Source of the DNA: Eutreptiella sp. 'Long Island Sound 2002' | Lineage: Eukaryota; Protista; Euglenida | DNA length: 64,000 nt | Assembly: GCA_964036045.1 (NCBI GenBank) | Contig: OZ038378.1 | Span: 167,524,001-167,588,000 of the forward strand | Direction: 5' to 3' | In this document: in pieces, positions 1-12,704 of the stretch | Position numbering within the stretch: position 1 is the first letter of the stretch | Layout of the letters: each line of letters starts with the position of its first letter | Program-made: the position numbers and the translations under genes | The notes under the pieces: model-generated | Seen by the model: only the letters and a program-made list of their open reading frames with translations | What the model was told of the DNA's origin: nothing | The model's database searches: none

Positions 1-1079
1 TGCTGCGTATCAATTTGATAGGCTAGTGGCTGAAAGTGCCTTGAGGGGGCATTCAGTCAATCAGAATTCACGGTGCCCCGGGAAATGAACCAGGGCAAAG
101 CCTACAGCCGAGCAGGTGAATGGAACGAGTGTGTTGTCGCTTGGGGGTGTGCAAGTTGTCACCGACTGGGTACTCCTTGTCTGCCACCAGATGTTCAGTC
201 TGTTACGGTCACTGACAAGGTGGGGCGGGCCAGAGGCCAAGGGAGATTGTACCCCTGAGTTAGACCAGATGTGGCTTGGCAGAACTATTGGGCACCACTG
301 ACCAAGAACTGACCGTATGACGCGCCCCGAGACATGGCAAAGTACACAAGGAGTAGACCTGAGGTCGTCCGGGACGGCGAAGAAAGCAACAGGGAACCGT
401 TGAGGGCCCCATAATAAACGATTACGCATTTTGCACATATGAGGCACATCCCGTCAGTTGCCAGAGGATCAAGGGGAGAAGCTTGTGAGCATCTCTCACA
501 CGTTGGAGGGCCTAGGTTGTGGTGCCCATGGCGGCTCCAGGGGGGACCCAAGAGTGGAGCTGGGCTGGGGGTCTCTGTGAAGAAAGGCGGAATGGCACCG
601 TGACCCCAACCTTCGATTAAGTCTCATCCTGAAACAACTCAAGGCGTTTTCATCCTTAGCCAAGGGCGATTTGTGGGGACATGGCGACGGGATCTCAACT
701 ATTCGTGTGGGCGCCTGCATGTTGCTTGAACCGCACCGCATGGACATGTGCAACGTTTCCAACCGTATGCTTGTCTACGCACGGGACACCCCTCTGACCG
801 TCGTTTCCCTGACATTTAGCGTGCTTGCGCAAAGGGGGGGTAGGATGTTTTGAGGGTGAGATGCCTGGGGGTGAGACGGATTCAGAGGACGGCTAAGCAC
901 GGCGACCACATCTGACTGTAATATTTCCAATGCAGTCTTTGTGGTTGTCTGTGAGCCAGTTGTTGTGGGAAAGAGGGGCTGGTCATGCCTGAGGAAGTCG
1001 TGTCGTCAGGTCGGATATCATGGGCTCGTGAGCTCTGTGCTTGCCTGCGTCTTCAGATCAGGAGTTTTTGTACAAAAAT

Positions 1080-1121
1080 TGTCGGAAGTGCGGTGTGACA
1101 GGTCATTCCCAGGCTCAATGC
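1080..1121 (+). mobile_element. CCHC zinc knuckle in a fragmented transposon-like ORF
   Basis: CRKCGVTGHSQAQC is an exact C-x2-C-x4-H-x4-C; the surrounding frames are broken. Confidence 0.5.
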
Positions 1122-3289
1122 CGGTGGAAAGGTGTGCTGCTGCTTTGCATCATCGCACTGCATTGCCCCGCTGCAAAGTGCCCATGTTGGCGGTGTTGTC
1201 TGATGGAAAGAGTGCTCTTCAACCGATGGCACAAGCGTTTTTGGCTGCTCTTGGGCGACTATTGTTGCTCTTCTGTGTGACGTCCTGCAAAGGCATCATC
1301 AGAGACACTACGCGGTGCTTCCGTGCTTCTCTTGCACATGTGTGTGCGTTGTGTGTTGTGCAAATGTGTGCGCTGTGTTTATGAATGTGTGTCTGTTTGT
1401 GTACCAACTTCCGCACGAAGTTGCCTGTCCAGGTCAGGGGTTGCTTTGGTTCTCTGCAGCCTCATGCCCAGGGGCGTGTGAGCTCACCCCTCACCGTGGT
1501 GTGGGGGTGTAACCAGGGGGGGGGGGGGGCTGGGCTAACACGCAACCTGGGGGGCGGCGTTGCCACAGGGTTGTATGCCCCACCCCCCGCTGCCCGGAAG
1601 CTTTTAAGTCTAGTGGGGTGCTTTGTCAAAAAACCTTGCGCAAAGCAGTCCTCTTGGGAGAGAAAACTTACCGACGTTTTTGCAAGTTGGGGTGGTCCGC
1701 TACCTGGGTGTCATATTCACACCTAGTGAGCCGCCAACCACTGGCACCATCTCAAGCATTAGAGGGAGGCCTTGCCGGAGCCTAACCCACCGTGGGGGAG
1801 CCACAATGGGGCAGGGCGGGCTCCACTGGAGGGGCGGGGGGGGGGGGGCGGTTTGTGGGGGTTTCCAGGCATCAGGCATCCCTGTGGCCCTGCCCACTCC
1901 CGGGCTTTGTGGTTCCCTCCCTCCTCCCTGGCCCCACTCCATTCTATAATCCTTGCTCAGGTGTGGATTATCCTTGGAGTGGGCAGAGCATGGGATCCTT
2001 CATGGGGACCAGTCTGGGCTCCCCAAGTGGGGTTTCTCCGTGGAGCCTCCATTGGAGCTCTGTGGGGGGCCTTTCGTAGGCGTCGTTGTCCCTTGACAAC
2101 TTATGTGGGGGACGGACCACCGACCCCCTGCTGTTCCATTTTGGTGCCATGTGACGGGGGAACAGTCCACGAATGAGTGGATGGGCGCCGTCCCCCCCCC
2201 CACGCTTTATTGCGCTTCCGGCCTTGGTGGTTTGAATGATGGGGGAGCGGGCCATGAATGAGTGGACGGGCGCCGCTCCCCCCTAGGCTTTGGCTCTCGC
2301 TTTCCCCCTTCTTTGTATTTCTGTACGTCAGTATGCCAAAAGAAGAACCTCGGTACGCAATATGTACTATTGTATTCCCCAAAAGGCCGACCCCTGGCCT
2401 CCACCCCAGCTTCCACATCATGGGAAGTTGTCGGAGCGGGGTACTGGTCCTGAACCCCTCGAGGAGGAGATGCTGTGGGTGTGTGCGGCCCCCTCTCCCA
2501 CTCAGCGACGGCCACAGTCGTGTCCCTGCCGGCCATGGGGGGCGGGTTTGGCAACATGGGTGTCCCGTGGGGGGTATGCTGCACATGTGTGCAGCCCCCT
2601 CTCCCACATAGGGGTGCCCACCACCAACGGGGGCATTCCTTTCTGGGTAAACCCTCACCACACCACAGAGAGCAATAGTAATTTAAACCTAAAAAATGCT
2701 ATACTTTGCGTTATTGGTATGGTAATGGACCCCCCCCCCCGGGTCCGATTGTGGCCACAGAGCCGGACTCAACCGGCCGCTGTACGGGGCGGCCTTGTCC
2801 GCGAGGTATACCTCCCTTAATTGTGGGGTAGCCCCGTACTGCCCCCTAACTGCACTAACGCGGTTGGGGCACCCTTGGTTTAGGTTGTTTGGAGTTGCTC
2901 CTCCCAAACCTAGGTCCCGTTCAGCGACTCCCCTCCGCCCATTTTGGTTCCCATTGGGGCTGACGGAGGAGGGCCGCCGTCGGTGTTACCCGTGAGTGGC
3001 CGACCACTACCCATAAGCCCGTTGTGGGGTTGGAGGTTAGAGGAAAATTTTGCCCCGGGCCCCCAAGGCTCCCGAGCTCTCCTAGTTACTGTGTCCATTG
3101 TCGGTGCCGGCTCCGCCTTAGTAAGTTGGGTTTTGTCTCGTAGCAAGCAACGGTAGAGGCACTACCGTGGATCACAACCACGGGGTGTAGCTGTTGGCTC
3201 CCCGAGGGAAACCACCTCCCCAGCGGCGGATGCGCCTGAGTCCCCTCGACCGAAGAAGGGTCGTGTGGGGATAGAGACACCCTGGGGGG

Positions 3290-4190
3290 GGGGGGGGGTA
3301 TAGTGCGGGTATGACACAACCACTCAAGGGCGGATACACCCGAGTCCCCCCCGGCCATGGAAGGGCCGCGCGGTGATAGGGACACCCCGGGGGGATATAG
3401 AGCAAGTGTGCGCAGCTCCCTCTCCCGCATAGCGACGGCTACATCCGAGTCCTGGCTGGCCAAGGCCAGTTTGGGGGTAGGGACGTCCCGTGGGGTATGC
3501 TACAGGTTTGTGTAGCCCCCTCTCCCACATAGCGATGGCCACACCCGAATCCCCGCCGGCCATGGGGGGCGGGTTGGGGGATAAGGATGCCCCTTACTTA
3601 AGGGCATGTTGCAAGTGTGTGCAGTCCCCTCTCCCGCATAGTGACGGCTACACCCAAGGTCCTGCCGGCCATGGGGGGCCGCTTGGGGGGTAGGGACGTC
3701 CCGTGGGGGTATGCTGCGGGTGTGTGCGGCCCCCTCTCCCACGACGGCCACAGTCGTGTCCCTGCCGGCCATGGGGGGCGGGTTTGGCAACGTGGGTGTC
3801 CCGTGGGGGGTATGCTGCACATGTGTGCAGCCCCCTCTCCCACATGGTGGCGGCTTCCGACATAGCAACGGCTACACTCGAGTCCCCGCCGGCCATGGGG
3901 GGGGTGGTTGGGGGATAGGGACGTCCCGGGGGGGGGGGGGGTGTTGCAGGTGTCTGCAGCCCCTTCTCCCACACAGTGACGGCCACACTGAGTCCCTTCG
4001 GGCCATGGGGGGCCGGTCGCAGGGTAGGGGCGTCCCGTTTGCCGGCCATGCCAAGCAACGGAAACACCGGAGTCCCTCTGTGCAGGGGATGGGGACGGCC
4101 TGGGTTTGGACATTCCCCATCCATACCCAGCGCCCGTTGCACCCGAGTCCCTCGTCGGCCAATGGGGGGGGGGATAGGGACAGCCCGTGG
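3290..4190. repeat. About 100-125-bp GC-rich minisatellite (about 8 copies), with a near-identical outlier at about 2470-2610
   Basis: Recurrent cccctctcccac...acggccac...gccggccatggggggc...gtcccgtggggg; 2470-2610 nearly duplicates 3712-3845. Confidence 0.8.
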
Positions 4191-7100
4191 CTGGAAGTAT
4201 GAGATCCGGGGCCCACATGACTGAGGGCCGGCCGCTTGCGAGGCTCGCAGCTGGCCGCCCGGCGCATGGCTGTGTTCCAGGCCCAGGTCGCGTACAAGCT
4301 GCGGCGGCTGGCACTACCACCAGCAGGGTGAGAGTGACCCCCCCCCCCCCACCACCACCCTCAGGCGCGTACCCAGTTGGGGCTAACGCCGAGGGGGGTA
4401 TACCCATCCACGTACGGACACTGTGGCCGTGTGTTTGTCAGGTTCCTGAGTGATATGGTGTATGGTTTCGTGCGCAGGGGAAGTGGGAAGGGGATAGGGC
4501 AGGGGACAAACGAGGAAGACCGGGTACGCCATGCTATGCATGTAGCAGCAGGCAAATCAAAGGAGAGGATAGCTGGGGGAGGGCGCCGGTAGTGGTGTGT
4601 TAGAGGGCACAGTGTACTGAGTCCCAGGGCTGTGTGTTCAGGGGGTGCTATGGTCTATGTTGCACTTGTGGCTGAAGGCATCCCTGCGCACAGACCTCAG
4701 TAACAAAGAAGCCCGGAAAAAGGGCAGAAACAAACAAAAGGAACTGAATATGAAGGCGTGCAAGAACTTGAAACGGAAGCGGGGCAAAGAGGAGGAGACT
4801 CAGCCAGCAAAGGCTGAGAAGAAGATGAGCGTCAAGGACAAGAGAGGGGCAAAGGCAAGGGGGAGGAAAGGGAAGAAAATGGACTTGAAAAGAGCGAACA
4901 TCCCGAAGGTTCAAGACCACGACGCGGAGGAAGACGCGCCTCGCAAGAAAAAGCGACGCACAGCGGCGTAGTGGACCATACCCAGAGGTGTTCCATGTCG
5001 TGCCGTTCACGTGTGTCGGTTCCATTCTCTGTCTGTGCTGTGCAACCGTACTGGAGTGCCAAAGTGGCCTGCCACATTGTCTATCCGCTGCCCCTGCGAG
5101 ACGACGTGGGGCAAGTTCTGACGCGGGACCCCACACATCCGAGCCTCCCCCTGGTCCCCCCCCCCCCTCCCCATGAGCGTGGCGTGCGGATGGGACAGAG
5201 AATGGTGGAGGCCTCAGTTGAGGTGTCTATGGCCCCAGCGATCCTACGCAGCAGTGGCTTGCCGGCTGGAGATCTCCTTTCGTCCCTGTTCAAATGGGGC
5301 TCGGTGAACGTGGAGGGCGGCGTGATCTGGGCCACTCCCCCAGCGGATGCCCGAGTCCCCATGCCTGAGCCTTGGGGCTGTCTGTCCGCAGAAGACGCCG
5401 TGGCACGGTCGTTTGCCGGGCGCATTCCCGGACGCTCCCCGGGGGCGTGTGTGTGCGCTTTGGTGGCGAACGCCGGTCCGGGGGCCGTGGGAGGAGTCCA
5501 TCGGGCGCTGGGCAGAGTTACGCGAGGCGCATGGGGCACCACCTCCTTCGGGCAGGCGGGCGGGGGGGGGGGGCGGGGCGTTCCGGACGGGCGCCCAAGG
5601 CCAAGGGTTTGGGGCCAAATGGGGGCCACATGGGGGCGGGGGAGGGGCAGGGAATGCATCCCACACACGTTAAGCATCACGACCCGGATGCCTCTCTCTT
5701 TCTTCGGCTGCTGAGCCCCGCAATCGCCTCCGCGTTCCGAGTTTCTCGGTCGCTGCGTAGCAATCCTCGTGGGAAGGGGGGCGGTGCACTCCTGTATCCA
5801 CGTGAGGTGGTCCGCGTGGGTCCGGGCCGCCCTCCTACCGGCCCAAAACTCCCGCCTCCTCCGCCAGGGCCTCTGCGGTGGGGGGGGGGGGGATGGGGTA
5901 TAATGCCCCCGGGTGGCACTCCGCCCTCCCGACCCCCGACATGTTGGCCCAGTGCAAGGGGACCGGGCGGGCGGTGTGTGGAGGGGGGCCCTGAACGGCC
6001 TCCCGCTGGGGAAGCGCCCGTGAGATTCGACGGACATGGTCCTCAGGGGACGAGGGTGGGGCCGACCTGCTGCGATGGGCGCCTGCCTACTGACGCTGCT
6101 TTCGCTGCTGCTGCTGGCCCAATCCCCGGGGGAGGGGGACGAGGAGGCACAATCCTTCTTCTTTTTTCTCAACCCTTTCTCATGACATGGCGGCCCCTGA
6201 CCTGATTGGGTGTTGGGGGGTTTCTTCCGTGTCCGGGTGAGGCCATGCCATGCCCTGGCTGGGGCCAGGAGCCCTACCCGGGCCCCCTCGCGCAGCAATG
6301 CCGCTGGAGTGTGGCCCTCTTCCTCCTGATCTGGCGCTGCTGACCCCGTTGGTGTGCTCACATGGGGGGGGGGGGGGGCGGGCACACTGTGTGCCGCCTG
6401 TGCTTCCTCTTATTGTTTCTGCGTGCGTAATTATGGCGGTTATCATTTGTGGGTGGGCAGTGGCGCCCAACCTGGGCCCCACCGCCCAGTGGGGTTGCCG
6501 AAAGGTGGCTCTGACCCTCTGGAGTATGTCCCTGCTGAGGGGTTGGTTGGTATTGGAGTCGGGGTGTACGTGCCAAACAGGGGGTTAGCCCTCCAACATG
6601 CTTCCAAGTCTGCCAGTTGTATTGTGATTTTGGCCAATTAACCCCCCCCCCCCTTCAAGGGCCCCAGGCAGCCTTGATTTTGGTGATTATGGGTGCCCCA
6701 CCCACCTCCTCACCTACCCACCTCCTCCAAAGGGTTTGTAAACCCTACTGCATGTTTTTTTACTGGGGGGGGGGGGCGTTTCATTGTCCCCTCGTGGACG
6801 TTAGTTTCTGGTATACTATTTCACAAGACTCCCATGCCTGTTTGGGTATCTCATGAGTAACATGGGGCATATGGAAGAGGAGGGCATCCGGTGGTTCCCA
6901 CAGGCCCATCCCAAATTTCTGTCTGGAAGTTCCTCATGCTTGTTGACAACGTTATACTCATGATGTTGCTGTTTTTATGTTTCTTACGTCATTTGTCACA
7001 GGGACCCGCCAGTGATGATTGAAGGCTTAATGCAAGTGCACAGTATGGCTGCAAGGATGCAATTTTACTGCAGACATGTGACCACAGGAACAGAGGTGAA

Positions 7101-7269
7101 GATGTGATGGGGAGAAAGATTGTAATGGGGACAGGTGAGACCCCAGTAAATGTTTTCAAAGTACGGGCACAGTCGCAGGTGCTCGTTCATGATGGTATCC
7201 TATGGTTTATATAGTCTCGCAGCACCCATGGTCATAAAGTTATAACTATGGCAAGAGCCATGTGAATCA

Positions 7270-8020
7270 CCCATTCCAATAGCAGAATAATCTGCATTGT
7301 TGAGTCATGAAAGGGAAGGGAAACCATTGGTGTTTGGCCTCAAGAAAACGTTGGCTATTGATCTGCTTTGAGGTATGCAGGGTATTGCTTGGCATCCCGC
7401 ATTTTGAATCGCAGCGGACAATTGTGCTTTCGATCCAAACCCATCTGACTGCCCATGCACACCTCATGTAGTGCACACAAATATCAATTCTCCGGCAGAC
7501 AGCTGGCATGCATTCGTGTCACGGTTGCCTCGCAGCCAGTTCCAAGATGAAATGTGTGTCTCATTCATTTGTTCTCTTTTGCCACAACTGTGTGCCCTGG
7601 AGGTGAGCTGGCACACCGCGCATGCTTTTTGATTCGTGTTCCCACAAGTCATGCAAGTGTGGCGAGAAGCTGTAGTTCAGCAGGCAACATGGACACAAAG
7701 TATAGGCACAGTCTGCCGGACAATACACGGTGTTTGGCCAACATGCTCATGTTCAGTGGTGATGTGGAGGGCACGTTCAATGCCCCTTGAGACCATCTGA
7801 GGTCATAAGTCAGCAGCCCTGGGTAGCGGCACATTATTGGACCACCGCCATAGTCTTCAATCATATTTCTGAGCCCAAGGTGTCGTGCATTGCTGGGCCT
7901 CTTCTTTGCTTCTTTCCACTTGCATAATTTTGCATTGGATAATTCAAGGCACCGATTTTCATCATTTCCCCGCCTCCTGCGTTTGAAGTACAGCCTCTCT
8001 TCTCCTCCTGCTGGGTGCTC
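7270..8020 (-). mobile_element. Degenerate KDZ/CxC-type transposase-like fragment
   Basis: Across frameshifts, in the expected order: CPC..HDLWEHES, DTNACQL, LDRKHNC, QYPAYLK, INSQ...FMTQ. This resembles the CxH..ES / YDxACxL / DxFH..NH / NSQ..EQ..YM series of these transposases. Confidence 0.35.
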
Positions 8021-9049
8021 CTCTTAGACACTCAGTCCGGTCACGAATGAACAGCGAGGTCACAAATGAACAGTGATGTCCCAGATGAACAATGAGGTCG
8101 CAATGGGATGGATTGGTCGCAAAGGGATGGGTCGTTCGCAAATGAACTGGTCACGCAAATTAACAGGATGGCCGCAGATTGTACACGAGATCTTCCCTTC
8201 CGCTTTGGGAAGAACATGCAGGCAACATGGGGGACATCTAACAAAAGGAGAGCATATATGAAATGATCAGAATTGCCACAGGTGCCTTTCGCTGTGCACA
8301 CATGAAGCATATTCGGTTCATACACGCGTCCTCCACGCCCTGACAATCTCCAGCCTCAATGTGGCCAGACACTGGCAGCTCTACGAAATAGGGTTCACAT
8401 CCAAACCTGGATAACAGGTAAGATATCAGGGTTCAGAGGCCCCCTACTCACAGTGGATTCCCTGGTCCTGTGTGGTTGTATGCATGCACACAAACACCAA
8501 AAAGGGGGCAAAAACAAACACGAAAATCCGACTGACAGAGAGGGGGGGGGGGAGAATTTGTATGCATCCCAAGAACAAGATTTATATAGATGATGTTTAC
8601 ATTCAAAAGCAGCGACACGCCTTGCTTCCCCCTCTCTCTGTGAAACCCAGGCGTTGTGGCTGGGTGGGCTTATTTTGCACGCAGTGGTTGTATGCACACA
8701 CACATATCAAAAATGGTGATTGGAAAATTCAGAAAGTTTGGGTGGGGTATTTGGGTTCGCATCAGGGTACAAAAGGATAAAATCTACCTGTGGCATGATT
8801 ACAAATAGGTTGTTAGATGCATACAGCAAAATAGGCAAAGTCGGCCACAAAAACGGCTAAGTGGGGTAGAGTTGGGTTTGGCTCTGTCTAGAATATGGTG
8901 AAGGGGTAAAGATGAGATGCACAGAGAGTTATCAATGTCAATGGGTTGCGTTTTTGGGAATTTTCTTCAAATGAGGATTGGCGGTTTTAAGATTTCGAGG
9001 GTATTTTGGAGAATAAGGTCACTTGGTAGGAACACCCTATTTTTACCGC

Positions 9050-9980
9050 AACGGAGAAATGTCCCCGGACAGCTGGAAAATGTGCTCAGACATCAAAGAA
9101 AAAAAAAGTCCGTGGATATCATGGAAAGGTCCGTGAAACCCGTGAAATGTCCATGGACACCCGGACATGTCTGCAAACACTAGAAAATGTCGCCGGACTT
9201 CACACAAATATCCGCCGACACCCGACAAATATCTGGAAACATCAAGCAAATGTTTGCCGACATTGAAGAAATGTTGGCGGCCATTAGGGAAACGTCCGCG
9301 GACACCCATGAAATGACATGCATACCAAGACATGTCCGCAAACATAAAAACAGTGTCTCTTGACAACACAAAAATCTCCGCACCAATGGGACACAAGATG
9401 GAGTGATAGTAGGGAAATGTGGAAATGTCCAGATGACATTAGAGAAATCTCTCCGATTAGAGAAGCGTCCGCGCGCATCACAGAAATGTATACAAACATT
9501 GGGGCAATGTCAACCAACACCCGCTTGATGTCCGCGCACATGATAGAGACTTCCGCGGACACCATGGAAATCTTCGCGGACACTAGAAGAATATCCGCGG
9601 ACATCAAATAAGTTTCCGCAGACATCAAAGAAATGTTACTAGACATCAAAGAAATGTCCACATACACCCGGGCAATGACCGTGAAGACCTTGGTAATGTC
9701 CGCAGACATCATGGAGATGTCACCGGACAACCGACAAATGTCCCAAGCTATTCGAAAAGGGTACGCGGATATCTGGGAACTATCGGGTAACGTCCGAGAA
9801 ATGTTCGTAGACACAAAGGAAATGTCTACGGATATCCCGAAAATGTCTGCAGACACCGATGTCTGCGAACATCAATAAAATGTGCGCGGCCACTAGGAAA
9901 GTGTCCGCGGATAGAGTAGGATCAACGGACACTTCTAAAATGTCCAAGAACACTCCGAAAATATCCACGGACAGCATAGC
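9050..9980. repeat. 21-bp-period degenerate satellite with palindromic core TGTCCGCGGACA
   Basis: The ATGT unit start recurs at 9633, 9654, 9675 (ATGA), 9696, 9717, 9738, 9801, 9822 and 9843; translates as MSADIxx heptads on both strands. Confidence 0.85.
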
Positions 9981-10489
9981 TATGTGAGCATCTGAGGAGT
10001 AGCCTGCCCTGATGGTGCTTTGTTGCCGGTGTGTTGCCGCTGCTGCAATGACGGACAGGCGCGCGCTACCTTTACGCTCATGCTGATTACAGTGTTTGCT
10101 ATTTTTCTGTCGCTTGCTTCAGCTAAATTTTTGATTACTTTGCATTATATTGTATGCCTGTTGTCGTGTCTTCTCCTGTACTTTTCAGCTACATGTCATT
10201 TTGGTACCACCAGGTGCAGACCGAGTATAAAGATGCACTGGTCTCTTGCTGTAGAGTGCATTGCCAATGTCAACCTAACTGCCAGGACTATTCAACTTTT
10301 GTAGCACATTTGCAGTAGAACCATTTGTTTTGGGCTGTTGTATGCTATGTGTCCCGTAGGTGAACGATGCCCATGGTGGAAGATTTCTGAAGGAAAAGCT
10401 AGTCAAACTACAGCACTGGGACTGTCTTTGCTTCTGCAGGCTAACGAAGATGGTTTTGGTCAAAGAAATGCCCACGAACACAAAAAAAA

Positions 10490-10690
10490 GTACAATTTTC
10501 GTGGACACCTGAGCAAGGTTTGTAGGCAGCTGTGAACTATCCGTACATAGCCGGGACATGTCCGCGCATATCAAGGAGATGTCCGCGAACATTCGAAGGG
10601 TGTCTGCGGATATCGAAAAATTGTCCGCAAACATCATATCAATATTTATGTACACCCAAGGGATTTCGTTTTGGGGTTTGGCGGACAAGT
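10490..10690. repeat. Short block of the same 21-bp satellite
   Basis: atgtccgcgcatatc, atgtccgcgaacattc, gtgtctgcggatatc. Confidence 0.7.
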
Positions 10691-10990
10691 AAGCACACAT
10701 CTCACTATCTTCAGGCTGGAGAAACTAAAACAAGTTGTTTGAGAAGGAAGGTTTGCAACTAATTTTGCCAATTAATATGAAAAACTAAATACCGGCAATC
10801 ATCACTGGTGATCCGAAAAATAATCAACAAAGGTTGGTATTTTTGAACCCGTTTCTAACCAATTAATAATACGGATTAGAAATGGCGAAGACTTCATTTA
10901 TCACTGCATGACGTATTTTCATGTTTTGCATTTGCACATCGATTTTTTTCTTCTGCTACTTTTTTTACTTCCTTCTACTATCCTTCTACT

Positions 10991-12704
10991 GTCTTAGGCG
11001 GCTCAAGTTGCATGGTATAAAACGACAGAAAGTGCCCAAAATACACGGCCTGAAAAAACATCAAAAGAACCATTCTTTGGCTTGCAAAAAATCAAGCCGT
11101 TTTTGGAACACCAAAAGAACTCTTATGTAAGGAATTTTGGCCTTTTCTTGGTCCTGATGGGTCCAAAAAATGCTTTTTTTGGGGCAATGGAATGTTCCTT
11201 GCGCGAGGCCTCGCGCAAGGAGCAGTCCATTGCCCCTCCAAAGCCAGGTAATGATGGTAGAATTGAGGAATCAAGCAGGTGCCTACACTGCAGTGACATT
11301 ACAGGCACCCTTGACTTGATCACATTGTACAATATGTTTACGCGGGCGGACATTCAGTGCTCTAAACAAGCCTTGCAAATCTAATTGATGACTCAAGAAA
11401 TCATTTCAAATGTTGTTGCATTCCTAATAAAAGGAGCACATACGTTGGAGGTGTTGCACAGGGTGCATCCTTCAGCATTGCTCATGATGCACACCTGCCA
11501 CAAGTTATGGGGAGTGTCAAGCAAAAAAAAGAGTATCATCGGTAACACATGAAGCATGTCCACTCAACAGATGACGCTGAGCTGGACAGGGACCCCCCTT
11601 GTAGCTTTGGCTGAAGAAAAATTGATCCTTCCGTTGTTGACTATAGATCAAAGTAAAATGTGCAAAGAAAATATGAATTTGCCATGCGTGGCACTTTTTT
11701 GAGCGTTTGTTTGGGCCAAAAAAACTGATTTTTTGGAGAGTAAAATGCAATGTAGTGCAAACAACACCAATTATCAAGATGATGTTCCATACCTGGAGAA
11801 AGAAGGTGCCCTGGGGGAAGCAGTCTGCCAAGCGCAGGGGCTGACCAAGCCCAAAAAGAGTTTTTCCGCCTCCGGGGGGGGCAAGCTTCTGGTAAATTTC
11901 AATGACTCAACGACAATTTAGGTACTCGTTGCTTCAGTGAAGGTTGTGCACAGGCGCTATCAGATGAGAACCCGTCACAATGGTACAAAGAATATATGTT
12001 CTACGCCTTTTTTTGCGCGAGGCCTCGCGCAATGAGGACTGCAATGCAGTCCCAGAACTTGAAAGTCACAACCTATACCTCTTTTTTCAGGCAGTGCAAA
12101 TCAAAAATCAAACCGTGGGGTGGGTACTAAGACCACTCGACCCTGAAGCCGTCTTTCCAAAGGAAAATGAATCGGGTGAGGTTTTTGGTTTAGTAAGTTA
12201 TGCGCGAGGCCTCGCGCATGATGCAGCCCTTGAACCACATGTTGCATATGTTTTGCATTGATATTTAATCCGCCATGCTTCTGTTTTAATGATCCTTGGT
12301 CTTGATTGCGCGAGGCCTCGCGCATAGAATTCGATCAATAAATCATTTTTCGAGGTATGCAATGAACATGCAGAACAGAAAATGATGTTGCAATCATTTT
12401 TTCTGCAGACCATGTTCATCCAAAAAACAAGGGGAACGCAAAATGTATTTCTTGGCCAATTTCCGCTAAAAGCACATCATTTCCCACTGAAATCATAAGA
12501 TTTATTTATTCTTTTTATAGTTTTTTTTTGTTTTCGGCTGTCCGAAAAAAAGGCACAAAATGGCACAAATGGTAAGAAAGATACTTTCTTTGGACTAATA
12601 TTCTGTTTTCAAAAAACAGAGCCTGTGAAAAACTATTTTTTTGCATGGTCCAAATTGGGTGCATTTGGTGTGATTTTGACCATGCAACTTGAGCCGCCTA
12701 AGAC
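10991..12704. mobile_element. About 1.7-kb non-autonomous DNA transposon-like element with 26-bp terminal inverted repeats
   Basis: gtcttaggcggctcaagttgcatggt (10991-11016) is the exact reverse complement of 12679-12704; AT-rich interior; no intact ORF; no clear TSD. Confidence 0.7.

Noticed and set aside
4645-6640. Several long ORFs (Lys-rich 4645-4971, 4971-5714, 5081-6385)
   Set aside because: No recognisable domain, overlapping frames on both strands and GC-rich low complexity; probably repeat-derived.
8025-8035. 11-nt match (ctgagtgtcta, minus strand) to the euglenid spliced leader as I recall it
   Set aside because: The flanks do not match and there is no following GT donor or SL-RNA structure.
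9050-9980. CRISPR-like array
   Set aside because: Units are only 21 bp and degenerate, with no 25-45-nt unique spacers, no cas genes and a eukaryotic context.
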